NCBI GenBank assembly: GCA_048937405.1
Contig: JBHLNF010000009.1
Span: forward strand, 128,001 to 192,000
DNA length: 64,000 nt
Reading direction: 5' to 3'
From: Promethearchaeota archaeon
Lineage (GTDB): Archaea > Asgardarchaeota > Lokiarchaeia > Sigyniarchaeales > SOKP01
Shown: piece by piece, positions 50,586-59,582 of the stretch
Layout: every line of letters starts with the position of its first letter
Position numbering within the stretch: the first letter of the stretch is position 1
Position numbers and translations under genes: made by a program
Notes under the pieces: generated by a model
The model's database searches: none
What the model was told of the DNA's origin: nothing
Seen by the model: the letters and a program-made list of their open reading frames with translations, nothing else

Positions 50586-51371
50586 ATGGCACAGAAAGCA
50601 ATTCCTGAAGTTGATAGAGAATGGTCTAAAATCTCTTTCAAATGGAGAAGATTGTTACCGATAAAAAAAGACAGACCACCCTCACCAATAAGGTTTGAGG
50701 CTGATGAAGAAGTTCTTGAGGAACTTGTAGATCGATCCAATAAGATCATAGATGAATTAATTAAAAAATCAAAAATGAATGCTTCTGGTCACGCAAAACT
50801 AATAACAACAGATAAAATTGTAATAGATCCACGCGTACGGTGGAAGTGTCAGATTCCCATCTGTTTTGGTTTCGGAACGAGTATTAACTGTCCTCCACAT
50901 TCTCCAACAACAGAGCAAATGAGAGAAATTATTAGTTGCTATAAACATGCAATTTTAGTTACATTTTATCCCCCAAAAAAGAACCATGTATTCCCTAGTA
51001 TTCTTCTAGGGGTTCAAGGAGATGTTAACCTATTAAATCAGATGGTCGGAATGATAGAAGGGGAGGCAACATATATGGGATATTATCTCGCTATGGGATT
51101 TAAAGGAGGTCCTTGCGTTGGTTGTGGATTTTTTTCACCTGAATATTTTAAAGATATAATGCAACAAAAAAAAATACCAACATGTCCTACACTAAACGGT
51201 GAAATGTGTCGACAATATTTAAGAGCTCGACCAGCCTTAGAGGCATGTGGAGTGGATAGTTTTGCTACAGCGGTAAAGTGTGGTGAAAAGGCACCATATG
51301 TAATCAATCCGGAACATCCAGATGAGTCAATTCCATTTGTTGTTTGGCATGGCATTATTTTTGTAGTATAA
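50586..51371 (+). CDS. DUF2284-like Cys-rich metal-binding protein
   Basis: DPRVRWKCQIPIC..NCPPHSP; GGPCVGC..C..CR..ARPALEACGVD. Confidence 0.8.
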   Translation: MAQKAIPEVDREWSKISFKWRRLLPIKKDRPPSPIRFEADEEVLEELVDRSNKIIDELIKKSKMNASGHAKLITTDKIVIDPRVRWKCQIPICFGFGTSINCPPHSPTTEQMREIISCYKHAILVTFYPPKKNHVFPSILLGVQGDVNLLNQMVGMIEGEATYMGYYLAMGFKGGPCVGCGFFSPEYFKDIMQQKKIPTCPTLNGEMCRQYLRARPALEACGVDSFATAVKCGEKAPYVINPEHPDESIPFVVWHGIIFVV

Positions 51372-51411
51372 TAACATTAATTAGTAAGAAAGTAAGGAGG
51401 AAATAAGAATT

Positions 51412-52080
51412 ATGGAAAATGCAATTACAATTGAAGAAAAAAAAAAATCTAAAGATAATTTCCTTTATATCGATAGGATTGTTGAAGCTGTTACTTCACT
51501 TGACTTTTTTTCAATGAAAGAAACGATAAAGCAAGCAATAGATGCTGATGTTCCAATAATCGAAATTGTTAAAAATGGTATCTTAAAAGCATTGGATGAA
51601 TCAGGTGAGATGGGGCTAATTTTAGCAGCTGAAGCTCTAGAGGGCGAAGTTCAAAGTGTTGAAGAGGAAGATAGGCTAGACTTGTCGGAGAGTAGGAACT
51701 ACAATGGAAAAGTTGTTGTAGGAACAATTGAAGGTGATATTCATAATTTGGGTAAAAGTATACTGATTGCTTTAATGAAATCTTATGGTATGGATATTAT
51801 TGACCTTGGAATAGATGTAACGCCTGACAAATTTGCAGAAGCAGCTCGACAACCAGATGTAAAGGTTGTTGGTATTTCCTTCCTGCTTTCTTCAGCAGAA
51901 CCTGCTATAAGGAGAGCTATGACAGTATTAAAAAATGGAGAGTTTTCATCAAAAATAAAGGTGATTTTGGGAGGTGCTGCAGTATCACCTGAAATCGCCG
52001 AAGAGACAAAAGCAGATGCATATGCTACCGATGCTTTACAAGGTGTTAATATTATTGATAATTGGTTAAGGAAAGAATAA
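51412..52080 (+). CDS. Corrinoid (B12-binding) protein of a methyltransferase system
   Basis: GDIHNLG (DxHxxG), DLGIDV, GISFL, LGGA. Confidence 0.92.
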   Translation: MENAITIEEKKKSKDNFLYIDRIVEAVTSLDFFSMKETIKQAIDADVPIIEIVKNGILKALDESGEMGLILAAEALEGEVQSVEEEDRLDLSESRNYNGKVVVGTIEGDIHNLGKSILIALMKSYGMDIIDLGIDVTPDKFAEAARQPDVKVVGISFLLSSAEPAIRRAMTVLKNGEFSSKIKVILGGAAVSPEIAEETKADAYATDALQGVNIIDNWLRKE

Positions 52081-52181
52081 TTCCTTAATACCCCATCAAA
52101 CTTTTTTTTATTTTAACGAATTTATTAATGAAGTAAAATTCTGTTTTACTAAGAGAATTAATCGATATATGATGTTTTTAT

Positions 52182-54191
52182 ATGACTAATGCGAGAATTA
52201 CACTTATATTAGAACCAATATCTAAACGAACAAATGTTAAAGAAGGTTCTACAGTATATGAATCACTTTTAGCGTTGAATTTCCCCATGAGTGCTTTATG
52301 CGCAGGTAAGGGAACATGTGGAAAATGTCTAATTCGTGTTCTAGATCCTAATCCAAAAATTTCTAACCCTACAGAACAAGAGAAAAAAATATTAGGTAGT
52401 CAAAAATTATCAGAAGGATTTAGGTTAGCATGCCAAACAAAAATTCTTGGAGATTTAAGAGTCTTTTTAACCGATTCATTAATTTCGAGAGAAACAAGAA
52501 TTATGGTTGATGCTGGTTTAGAGGCTCTTGGAATAAAAGAGAAAGATAAAATCCAACCAGCAATTGCTTCTCAAGTACTTATGATAACCCCAGCAGATTT
52601 AACAAATCCTAGAAATGATTTATCTGGTTTAATTGAAAGTATTATTAAAAATAATAGTACTTATAGTATAAAGGAAGATCAGCCAACATTTCACGTAAAT
52701 GATATCTTACATTCTATTACTCAAAAATTACCACATATTATGAGAAAAGATAATGGTGAGGTTACATCCCACTTTAGAAAGTTTTCGATGGAAGATACAT
52801 GGACTCTCTATGATATTGACGCTGGAGATAAAAGTAAAGAAATTTTTGGACTAGCAGTCGATATTGGAACTACTACTATTGTTGGATATTTAATTTATTT
52901 AAAAACAGGAGAAATTGTTGCTATTTCTGCAATGTTAAATCCTCAAGTAGCTATCGGTGAAGACGTAGTATCACGAATTACATATATTGTGAAAAATGAT
53001 GCAATTCAAAAGGCTAAAGACTTGGTTATTAGTGCCATCAATCAAATTATTGAGGATTGTTGTAATAAAGCGAATATTAATGTATCATGTGTAAAAGATA
53101 TTTCGATTGTAGGAAATACAGGAATGCATCATATTTTTTTTGGAGTTTCACCAGAATTTTTAGCAACTTCACCTTTTCCTCCAGTATTTAAAGCCCCAAT
53201 TAATGTAACTGCTAATAAACTAGGAATAAGATGCAATCCAAATGTAAATGTATATTCTCCACCTGTTATAGCCGGTTATGTAGGAACGGATACAATTGGC
53301 TGTATAATCTCATCAAAAATTTACTCATATGATAAATACACTCTCTTAATTGATATTGGAACTAATGGGGAACTTGTTATAGGAAATAACAAAGGATTAA
53401 TCACAGGTTCTTGTGCTGCAGGTTCAGCACTCGAAGGTGCGCATATTTTACATGGAATACGAGGTTCCGAGGGTGCAATTGAATCAGTGACTATAGATCG
53501 AGATACTTTAGAACCCTCAATTGGTGTAATAGGAAATATTATCCCCCTTGGAATATGTGGTTCAGGACTAATTGATTCAATAGCCGAAATGCTAAAATCA
53601 AATATCATCACAAGAGCAGGGAAATTTAATAATAAATCAGATAAAATAATAAATCATCGTCGTGTCGTAAAAAAAGAAGATGGATATCATTATATCTTAT
53701 ATAAAGAAGAGTGGGATATTGAACAATTTCAAATAAATAGTAGTGATACCAATATAAAAGAAATATCAATCTGTCAGAAAGATATTAACCAGGTTCAATT
53801 AGCAAAAGGTGCCTTTTTAAGTGCAGCTAATTTATTACTTGAGATGGAAGGTAAAAGCAATGAATCTCTAGATCAGATTATTCTGGCAGGAGGTTTTGGA
53901 ACATATATCAATAAAGAGAATGCTGCTTTTATAGGACTATTTCCTGAAGTTGATAAAAGCAAAATATTCCAGATTGGAAATGCCGCTGGAATTGGTGCAC
54001 AAATGTTTATAAAAGATATTGAGCAGAGAAATATTGCAAATAGGATTGCTCATGAAGTAAAATATAGAGAAATTGCATCATCACCATTATTTCAAAAGGA
54101 ATATACTTTCTCTCTTTACTTTCCTCATTATAATCTAGACAAATTCCCCTTATTAAAACCAGAATATGACAAAATACCTTTAAAACAGTAA
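52182..54191 (+). CDS. RACo/RamA-type ASKHA reductive activator of corrinoid proteins
   Basis: N-terminal 2Fe-2S CAGKGTCGKC..RLACQ; DIGTTT, GEDVVSRI, DIGTNGE, GICGSG, QLAKGA, AGGFG, GNAA. Confidence 0.92.
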   Translation: MTNARITLILEPISKRTNVKEGSTVYESLLALNFPMSALCAGKGTCGKCLIRVLDPNPKISNPTEQEKKILGSQKLSEGFRLACQTKILGDLRVFLTDSLISRETRIMVDAGLEALGIKEKDKIQPAIASQVLMITPADLTNPRNDLSGLIESIIKNNSTYSIKEDQPTFHVNDILHSITQKLPHIMRKDNGEVTSHFRKFSMEDTWTLYDIDAGDKSKEIFGLAVDIGTTTIVGYLIYLKTGEIVAISAMLNPQVAIGEDVVSRITYIVKNDAIQKAKDLVISAINQIIEDCCNKANINVSCVKDISIVGNTGMHHIFFGVSPEFLATSPFPPVFKAPINVTANKLGIRCNPNVNVYSPPVIAGYVGTDTIGCIISSKIYSYDKYTLLIDIGTNGELVIGNNKGLITGSCAAGSALEGAHILHGIRGSEGAIESVTIDRDTLEPSIGVIGNIIPLGICGSGLIDSIAEMLKSNIITRAGKFNNKSDKIINHRRVVKKEDGYHYILYKEEWDIEQFQINSSDTNIKEISICQKDINQVQLAKGAFLSAANLLLEMEGKSNESLDQIILAGGFGTYINKENAAFIGLFPEVDKSKIFQIGNAAGIGAQMFIKDIEQRNIANRIAHEVKYREIASSPLFQKEYTFSLYFPHYNLDKFPLLKPEYDKIPLKQ

Positions 54192-54270
54192 TATTAAAAA
54201 AGAATAAGATTTATTTTTACGTTAGGAATTATAAATTTACAGGAGTAAAATATTTTTTAAGAATTATAAA

Positions 54271-56076
54271 ATGAAAATTGCTAAGGGTAAGATTTCAGAG
54301 AAAAAATCGGGCAATCCCAAATATTCTACCTATTGGGTTTATATACCAAATAAAATAGTTAAAGATAGTTCTTTTCCTTTCAGAGATAAAGAAGAAGTAA
54401 TGATAGAATTAAAAGGTGAAAGCTTAGAAATTCGAAAGGTATATAATCTAAGTGATCTCACAAAAATGTATGATATTGAGGCTGCTACTATAGCAAATCT
54501 CGTAGAAAGTAAAGCACTCGTTAATAAAGACAGACCATTTCTATATTTTAAAGATAAAGTTTTTACATATGACGATGTTAATACAATTTCTAATCAAATA
54601 GCTAATGGACTTATAACACAAATTAAAAAATTAAAACTAAAGAATCCTAATATTTCTATGCTATTTCCAAATTGTCCAGAAGCACTCCTTTGTTGGTTCG
54701 GTGTTGCAAAAACTGGTATTAAGTTTGTACCATTAAGTTACTTATTTAGAGGAGATTTGTTAGAATATGTGTTGAAAAATAGTAATTCTGAAATATTAAT
54801 TATAGATTATAAATATTTTAAAAATATTGAAGAAATCTATAAAAAATTGCAAAAAATACGCAAAATATATATTTTCAATGCACCAAATGATTTTAAATAC
54901 GTAGGGAAATATGCAAATTTTTCAGAAATCTTATCTGACAATTCAAATAGTCCTAATATCCATATTTATAGTTATGATCCTCTTGAAATAATGTATACAT
55001 CAGGAACTACAGGAAAACCTAAAGGGGTAATTTATAGAAATTATTTTGCTCTCTCAGGAATCAGTATTGGAAATCAATTAGAACATTTAGGATTTGGTAG
55101 TGACTCCAACAAATTTTACTGTCCTTTACCATTATTTCAAGGATTAGAAAGGTATTTCTTGATAATTCCAATAATGTACTACAATGGTTCAATTATTATA
55201 GCTGAAAATTTCAATCGTTCAACATTTTGGAATGATGTCGAAAAGTACAAACCTGATGGTTTTTGCTATTATGCTGCACATTTGATAAGCTTAGTAAATC
55301 AGCCACCCTCGAAAAATGATAGAAATCATTCAATTAAATATGCCATAGGTGCTGGAGCTTTACAAGAAATATGGGAACCTTTTGAGAGGAGATTTGGGAT
55401 TCAAATAATTGAAATGTGGGGTTTAGTTGAAGGTATTGGTTTTACAATTAATATTGTTGGATCTAAAGGTGGTAAAGTAGGTTCTGTTGGAAAACCTGCT
55501 CGAGGTGTTGAAATTAAAATTGTTGATTTAGAAGAAAATGAACTGCCTCCCGGACGAGATAATGTTGGTGAAATTTGTGCTAGAACTAAACTTCCATTTG
55601 AACTTGAATATTATAACTTACAAGAGGAGACTGTTACAAGAATAGGAGAAGATAGATGGGTTTTCACAGGTGATTTCGGATATATTGATCTTCAAGGTTT
55701 CTTATACTATTTGGGAAGGAGATCTGATATGATTCTCAGAGAAAATGAGATGTTTTTTGCAGTAAACATCGAAATAGTTGCAAATTCACATCCAGTAATA
55801 GTTGAAAGTGCTGTTTTTGAGGTTCCTGATAAAGACTCCTCAGAAAAAAACATAAAAATATGTGCGGTTATTCAAAAAGGAGCTTCAATAACTCATAAGG
55901 AGTTTTACAAGTTTTTACAGCAAAATTTGGCTTATTTTATGGTTCCAAGATACATAGAATTTAAAGAAGAATTACCAAAAAATGCAAATGAACTAATTCA
56001 AAAATTTATTCTAATAAATGAATGGGTTTCAGGTAAATCAGTAAAAAACACTTATGATATGATGAGCACCAATTAA
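54271..56076 (+). CDS. AbrB-like DNA-binding domain fused to a CaiC-like acyl-CoA ligase (ANL) domain
   Basis: N-terminal YWVYIPNKIVKDSSFPF..EEVMIEL..SLEIRK; YTSGTTGKPKG, TGDFG, GRRSDMI; the A10 Lys is absent. Confidence 0.8.
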   Translation: MKIAKGKISEKKSGNPKYSTYWVYIPNKIVKDSSFPFRDKEEVMIELKGESLEIRKVYNLSDLTKMYDIEAATIANLVESKALVNKDRPFLYFKDKVFTYDDVNTISNQIANGLITQIKKLKLKNPNISMLFPNCPEALLCWFGVAKTGIKFVPLSYLFRGDLLEYVLKNSNSEILIIDYKYFKNIEEIYKKLQKIRKIYIFNAPNDFKYVGKYANFSEILSDNSNSPNIHIYSYDPLEIMYTSGTTGKPKGVIYRNYFALSGISIGNQLEHLGFGSDSNKFYCPLPLFQGLERYFLIIPIMYYNGSIIIAENFNRSTFWNDVEKYKPDGFCYYAAHLISLVNQPPSKNDRNHSIKYAIGAGALQEIWEPFERRFGIQIIEMWGLVEGIGFTINIVGSKGGKVGSVGKPARGVEIKIVDLEENELPPGRDNVGEICARTKLPFELEYYNLQEETVTRIGEDRWVFTGDFGYIDLQGFLYYLGRRSDMILRENEMFFAVNIEIVANSHPVIVESAVFEVPDKDSSEKNIKICAVIQKGASITHKEFYKFLQQNLAYFMVPRYIEFKEELPKNANELIQKFILINEWVSGKSVKNTYDMMSTN

Positions 56077-56113
56077 AATGGATTAAAAGTTTATCAGTTA
56101 TTTAGGGTCTGAT

Positions 56114-56587
56114 ATGGTTAAAATAAAGAAAGAATTATTATCTCCATGTGGCTTATATTGTGGAGTTTGTGCGGTTTATCTAGCACATATTTCAAACGAT
56201 AATGATTTTAAAAGAAAATTATTTCCTACTTTTAAGAAATGGGGTGCTAAAACCATTGAAGATATTGCTTGCACTGGATGTCTATCTGATGATATCATAT
56301 TTCCGTTCTGTCAAACGTGTTCTATAAAAAATTGCATAAAAGATAAGAATATAGAAAGCTGCAGTCAATGTAATGGATTTCCTTGTGATATTATAAAAAA
56401 TTGGCCCAGTCCAGAAGGCAAGCAGATCATGATGAGAGAAATACCTATTTGGCGAGAGATTGGAACAGAAAAATGGATTGAAAAGATTGAAAATAGAAAT
56501 ATGTGCCCAGAGTGTGGTGCTATTAATTATCGCGGAGTTAAACAATGTTTCAAATGTCAAGCGTCCATTAATTTTACAGAAATATGA
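56114..56587 (+). CDS. DUF3795-like Cys-rich protein
   Basis: PCGLYCGVC..CTGC..C..C..C..CSQC.GFPC; C-terminal CPEC/CFKC. Confidence 0.8.
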   Translation: MVKIKKELLSPCGLYCGVCAVYLAHISNDNDFKRKLFPTFKKWGAKTIEDIACTGCLSDDIIFPFCQTCSIKNCIKDKNIESCSQCNGFPCDIIKNWPSPEGKQIMMREIPIWREIGTEKWIEKIENRNMCPECGAINYRGVKQCFKCQASINFTEI

Positions 56588-56652
56588 AAAAATCTTAAAA
56601 AAAAATTGATAAAAAATTCTAAACTAAACAGAAAAAGTTATCACCATTAGTT

Positions 56653-57135
56653 ATGCTAAATAAAATAAAATTCCAACCTATATCTGAATTTAATCCTGGA
56701 ACTATTTGTAATATATTAAATCAAAGTTATGTTGGTTCTCCATACGAAAATGAAAAACATATATGGGCAGATTTCGATAATGAATCATATAATAATCCAC
56801 AAACTGTTGGCAGGTGTGTTTTTATAAGTATAATGAGTAACAAAATTATTGGTTTAACTTCATATGATCCAAGACAGAAACCATTAGGGATAATTGGTCA
56901 TAACTGCATCTTACCAAAATACCGAAGAAACGGTTATGGTAAAGAGCAAATATTAGAAATAATACGAATATTAAAAATGAAAGGTTTTATTGAATTAAAA
57001 GTTACTACTGATGAGCATCCTTTCTTTATTCCTGCTCAGAAAATGTATTTATCTTGTGGATTTAAAGAAGTCAGTAGACGACAAAATAATGAACTATCTG
57101 AATATAAATATATTGAATATAGACAGGAAATATAG
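56653..57135 (+). CDS. GNAT acetyltransferase
   Basis: ILPKYRRNGYGK motif A; AQKMYLSCGF. Confidence 0.85.
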   Translation: MLNKIKFQPISEFNPGTICNILNQSYVGSPYENEKHIWADFDNESYNNPQTVGRCVFISIMSNKIIGLTSYDPRQKPLGIIGHNCILPKYRRNGYGKEQILEIIRILKMKGFIELKVTTDEHPFFIPAQKMYLSCGFKEVSRRQNNELSEYKYIEYRQEI

Positions 57136-57240
57136 TACTATGAAAAAGTTCTCTAATCATTTATCGTGGAACCAAACACTGTTATAAAAGTCAAGGTCCT
57201 ACAATTAATTTTATAACAAAATTTCAAGGTGTTATTTATA

Positions 57241-57408
57241 TTGAAATGTATATTCTGTGGTAAGGAAGCTAAAATTCGAGGATCTATGGGAGATTTCTGC
57301 ATGGAATGTTATAAAGAAAGATTTCAGGAAAACTATATATTAACTGAGGGACCAAGTTTTGATGATTCGGGATTAAAATTTATGGCAAAAAAAAGAAAAT
57401 CTTCTTAA
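57241..57408 (+). CDS. 55-aa Zn-finger microprotein (not in the ORF track)
   Basis: TTG start with AGGTG upstream; MKCIFCGKEAKIRGSMGDFCMECYKE... Confidence 0.65.
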   Translation: MKCIFCGKEAKIRGSMGDFCMECYKERFQENYILTEGPSFDDSGLKFMAKKRKSS

Positions 57409-57576
57409 ATAAGTTAGAATTGCATAAAACCTAATGTAGTCTGTATAGATTAGGAGGTATCGAAATCGCACTATAAATAAAAAGTAATTTAAACGACAAT
57501 ATATTAGCAAAATATAGTAATTTGAAAATCACTAGAATTGTTTTAGTGATAATTATTTTTATTAGGAGGAAATATT

Positions 57577-58098
57577 ATGAAAGAAATACCTGATTATGAA
57601 AAGTATCCAGTTAGCGAGGAAGAAATGGGAAAGCGTTATAAGAATTGGACTAAAGCCTTGGCTCGGATGGCAGTGTTGCTTTATACAGTAGGTAAGGAAG
57701 TCGGAGGCGAAAAATTCGTCGAAAGACTTAAGGAAGAAAATCGAGAAAGGGGTAAGAGAGATGCGGCAACAATAATGAAAATAGTAGGTTGCAAACCAGA
57801 GGATTTCAAGGATTGCATGAAGATTCCCAAGATGGTTGATTTCATAGATGATAGATATGCGAATTTCTGGGATGGGTATGTTGAGAACACACCTAAAGCT
57901 TTTGAAAAAGAACTCTTTACGTGTCCAGTTACGGAACCATGGTCGATGGCCCCTGAACTTTGCGAAGTATTAATTGGTGAATCTCTTAGAAGCTTTGCTA
58001 AAGCGCTAAACCCGAAGTTTAAAACGGAAGGGTTCACAAAATTACTTACCAAAGGTGATAAATGCTGTCGATACAGGATTGAGTTGGAGGAAGATTAA
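57577..58098 (+). CDS. L-2-amino-thiazoline-4-carboxylate hydrolase-like (V4R-related) protein
   Basis: TCP...W...C....LLTKGDKCCRY; SD AGGAGG. Confidence 0.72.
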   Translation: MKEIPDYEKYPVSEEEMGKRYKNWTKALARMAVLLYTVGKEVGGEKFVERLKEENRERGKRDAATIMKIVGCKPEDFKDCMKIPKMVDFIDDRYANFWDGYVENTPKAFEKELFTCPVTEPWSMAPELCEVLIGESLRSFAKALNPKFKTEGFTKLLTKGDKCCRYRIELEED

Positions 58099-58267
58099 AT
58101 TTTTAGCAAGAATGCTTATATTTGTTATTCAGAAATAAGTATGAAAAAGATGATTTACTTAGATTGAAACTTTACTTCTAATTTTGGAAATTTTTATGAA
58201 TTTCCAAAAAATATTAATTTTTTTTATAAATAAACAGGTAAAAGAAAGTATTACTTTCAATTTATTA

Positions 58268-59152
58268 TTATGATTTGATCTTATTGCTATTAGCACTTAT
58301 TGCGTCTACTATCTGTCCTAAGACTTCACGAGGAAGGCTATGACCCATTCCATCTATAATTAATAGTTCTGCGCCAAGTATTGTCGATGCAATTTCTTTC
58401 CCTGCTTCAACAGAGTTAAATGGATCTTCCTTACCATGAATAACTAAGGTTGGTGCTTTAATTGCGGAGATTTTCGGTTGAATATTACCAGGCACTGACA
58501 TTGCTGCCAATTGGCGAGCTATTCCTTCAGGGTAATAACTTCTGTCATATTCACTTGTTCTATATTCCTTTCCTTCGATTTCGTCATAATTATAATTACC
58601 GTAAATTAAACTATCGCGTTTTACCATTTCTTCTATATATGCTTCTCGCTCAGAAGGAACAGGTGCAAAAAATTGAGCCATGATCTCTGGTTTTGCTTGA
58701 GGTAAAGAAGGATTACCTGTGGTACTCATAATCACAGTTAATGACAACACTCGAGTTGGATGTCTATAAGCTATAATTTGTGCAATCATACCCCCCATGG
58801 AAGCACCGCAAATGTGTGCTTTATCAATATTCAAAGCAGTTAATAATCCAACAGCATCATCAGCCATATCTTCTAAAGTATATGGGATATTTGGTATTTC
58901 TCCACGATTATAAGCAGCAGCAATCTCCATCATGTCTGGGATACCTGCATTATCAAATTTTGTTGATAGACCAACATCTCGATTGTCATATTTAATGATA
59001 AAAAAGCCTTTATCTACAAATTTTTTACATATATCATCTGACCAAGCTATTAACTGACTACCCAAACCCGCAATCAATAAAATTGGCTTTGACTGTGGAT
59101 TACCTAGAGTTTCATATTCAATCTCTATCTGGTTTACATTTGCTTTTGGCAT
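58268..59152 (-). CDS. Alpha/beta hydrolase
   Basis: DNRDVGLS, GASMGG, HGKED, GMGH. Confidence 0.92.
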   Translation of the reverse strand: MPKANVNQIEIEYETLGNPQSKPILLIAGLGSQLIAWSDDICKKFVDKGFFIIKYDNRDVGLSTKFDNAGIPDMMEIAAAYNRGEIPNIPYTLEDMADDAVGLLTALNIDKAHICGASMGGMIAQIIAYRHPTRVLSLTVIMSTTGNPSLPQAKPEIMAQFFAPVPSEREAYIEEMVKRDSLIYGNYNYDEIEGKEYRTSEYDRSYYPEGIARQLAAMSVPGNIQPKISAIKAPTLVIHGKEDPFNSVEAGKEIASTILGAELLIIDGMGHSLPREVLGQIVDAISANSNKIKS

Positions 59153-59582
59153 TAAAACTCTTTCTTTATTTTAAAATATTCATAATTTATATATTTCTAA
59201 TAATAGAAAATTGAAATAATATTATTTTGCCTTTTTTTTTAAAAACAAATAATTTTAAAAGTTATCAATTTTCCTCTTTAAATTCTTTTTAAAAAAAAAA
59301 ATAAAAATCTGACTACTCTATTTTCTTTGAGAACTTAAAAATTCAGAAATAAAAGATCTATTAGAATAAGGTAGTGATCAATACTTTAAAACGAAAAAGA
59401 AAGTATGAAAAGAGCTTGGGAGTTAATGTAAAAAATTTGATATATAACTTATTATATTGCTCCACATATACATTTTCACCTATTTGGAGGAAAATGAAAA
59501 TTTAAGTCTACAAAAAAAAAGAAAGGAAAAAGAAATACTGAAAATAGAAACTATTCAGTTTCTTTTAAAGTTTCACCTAAAA

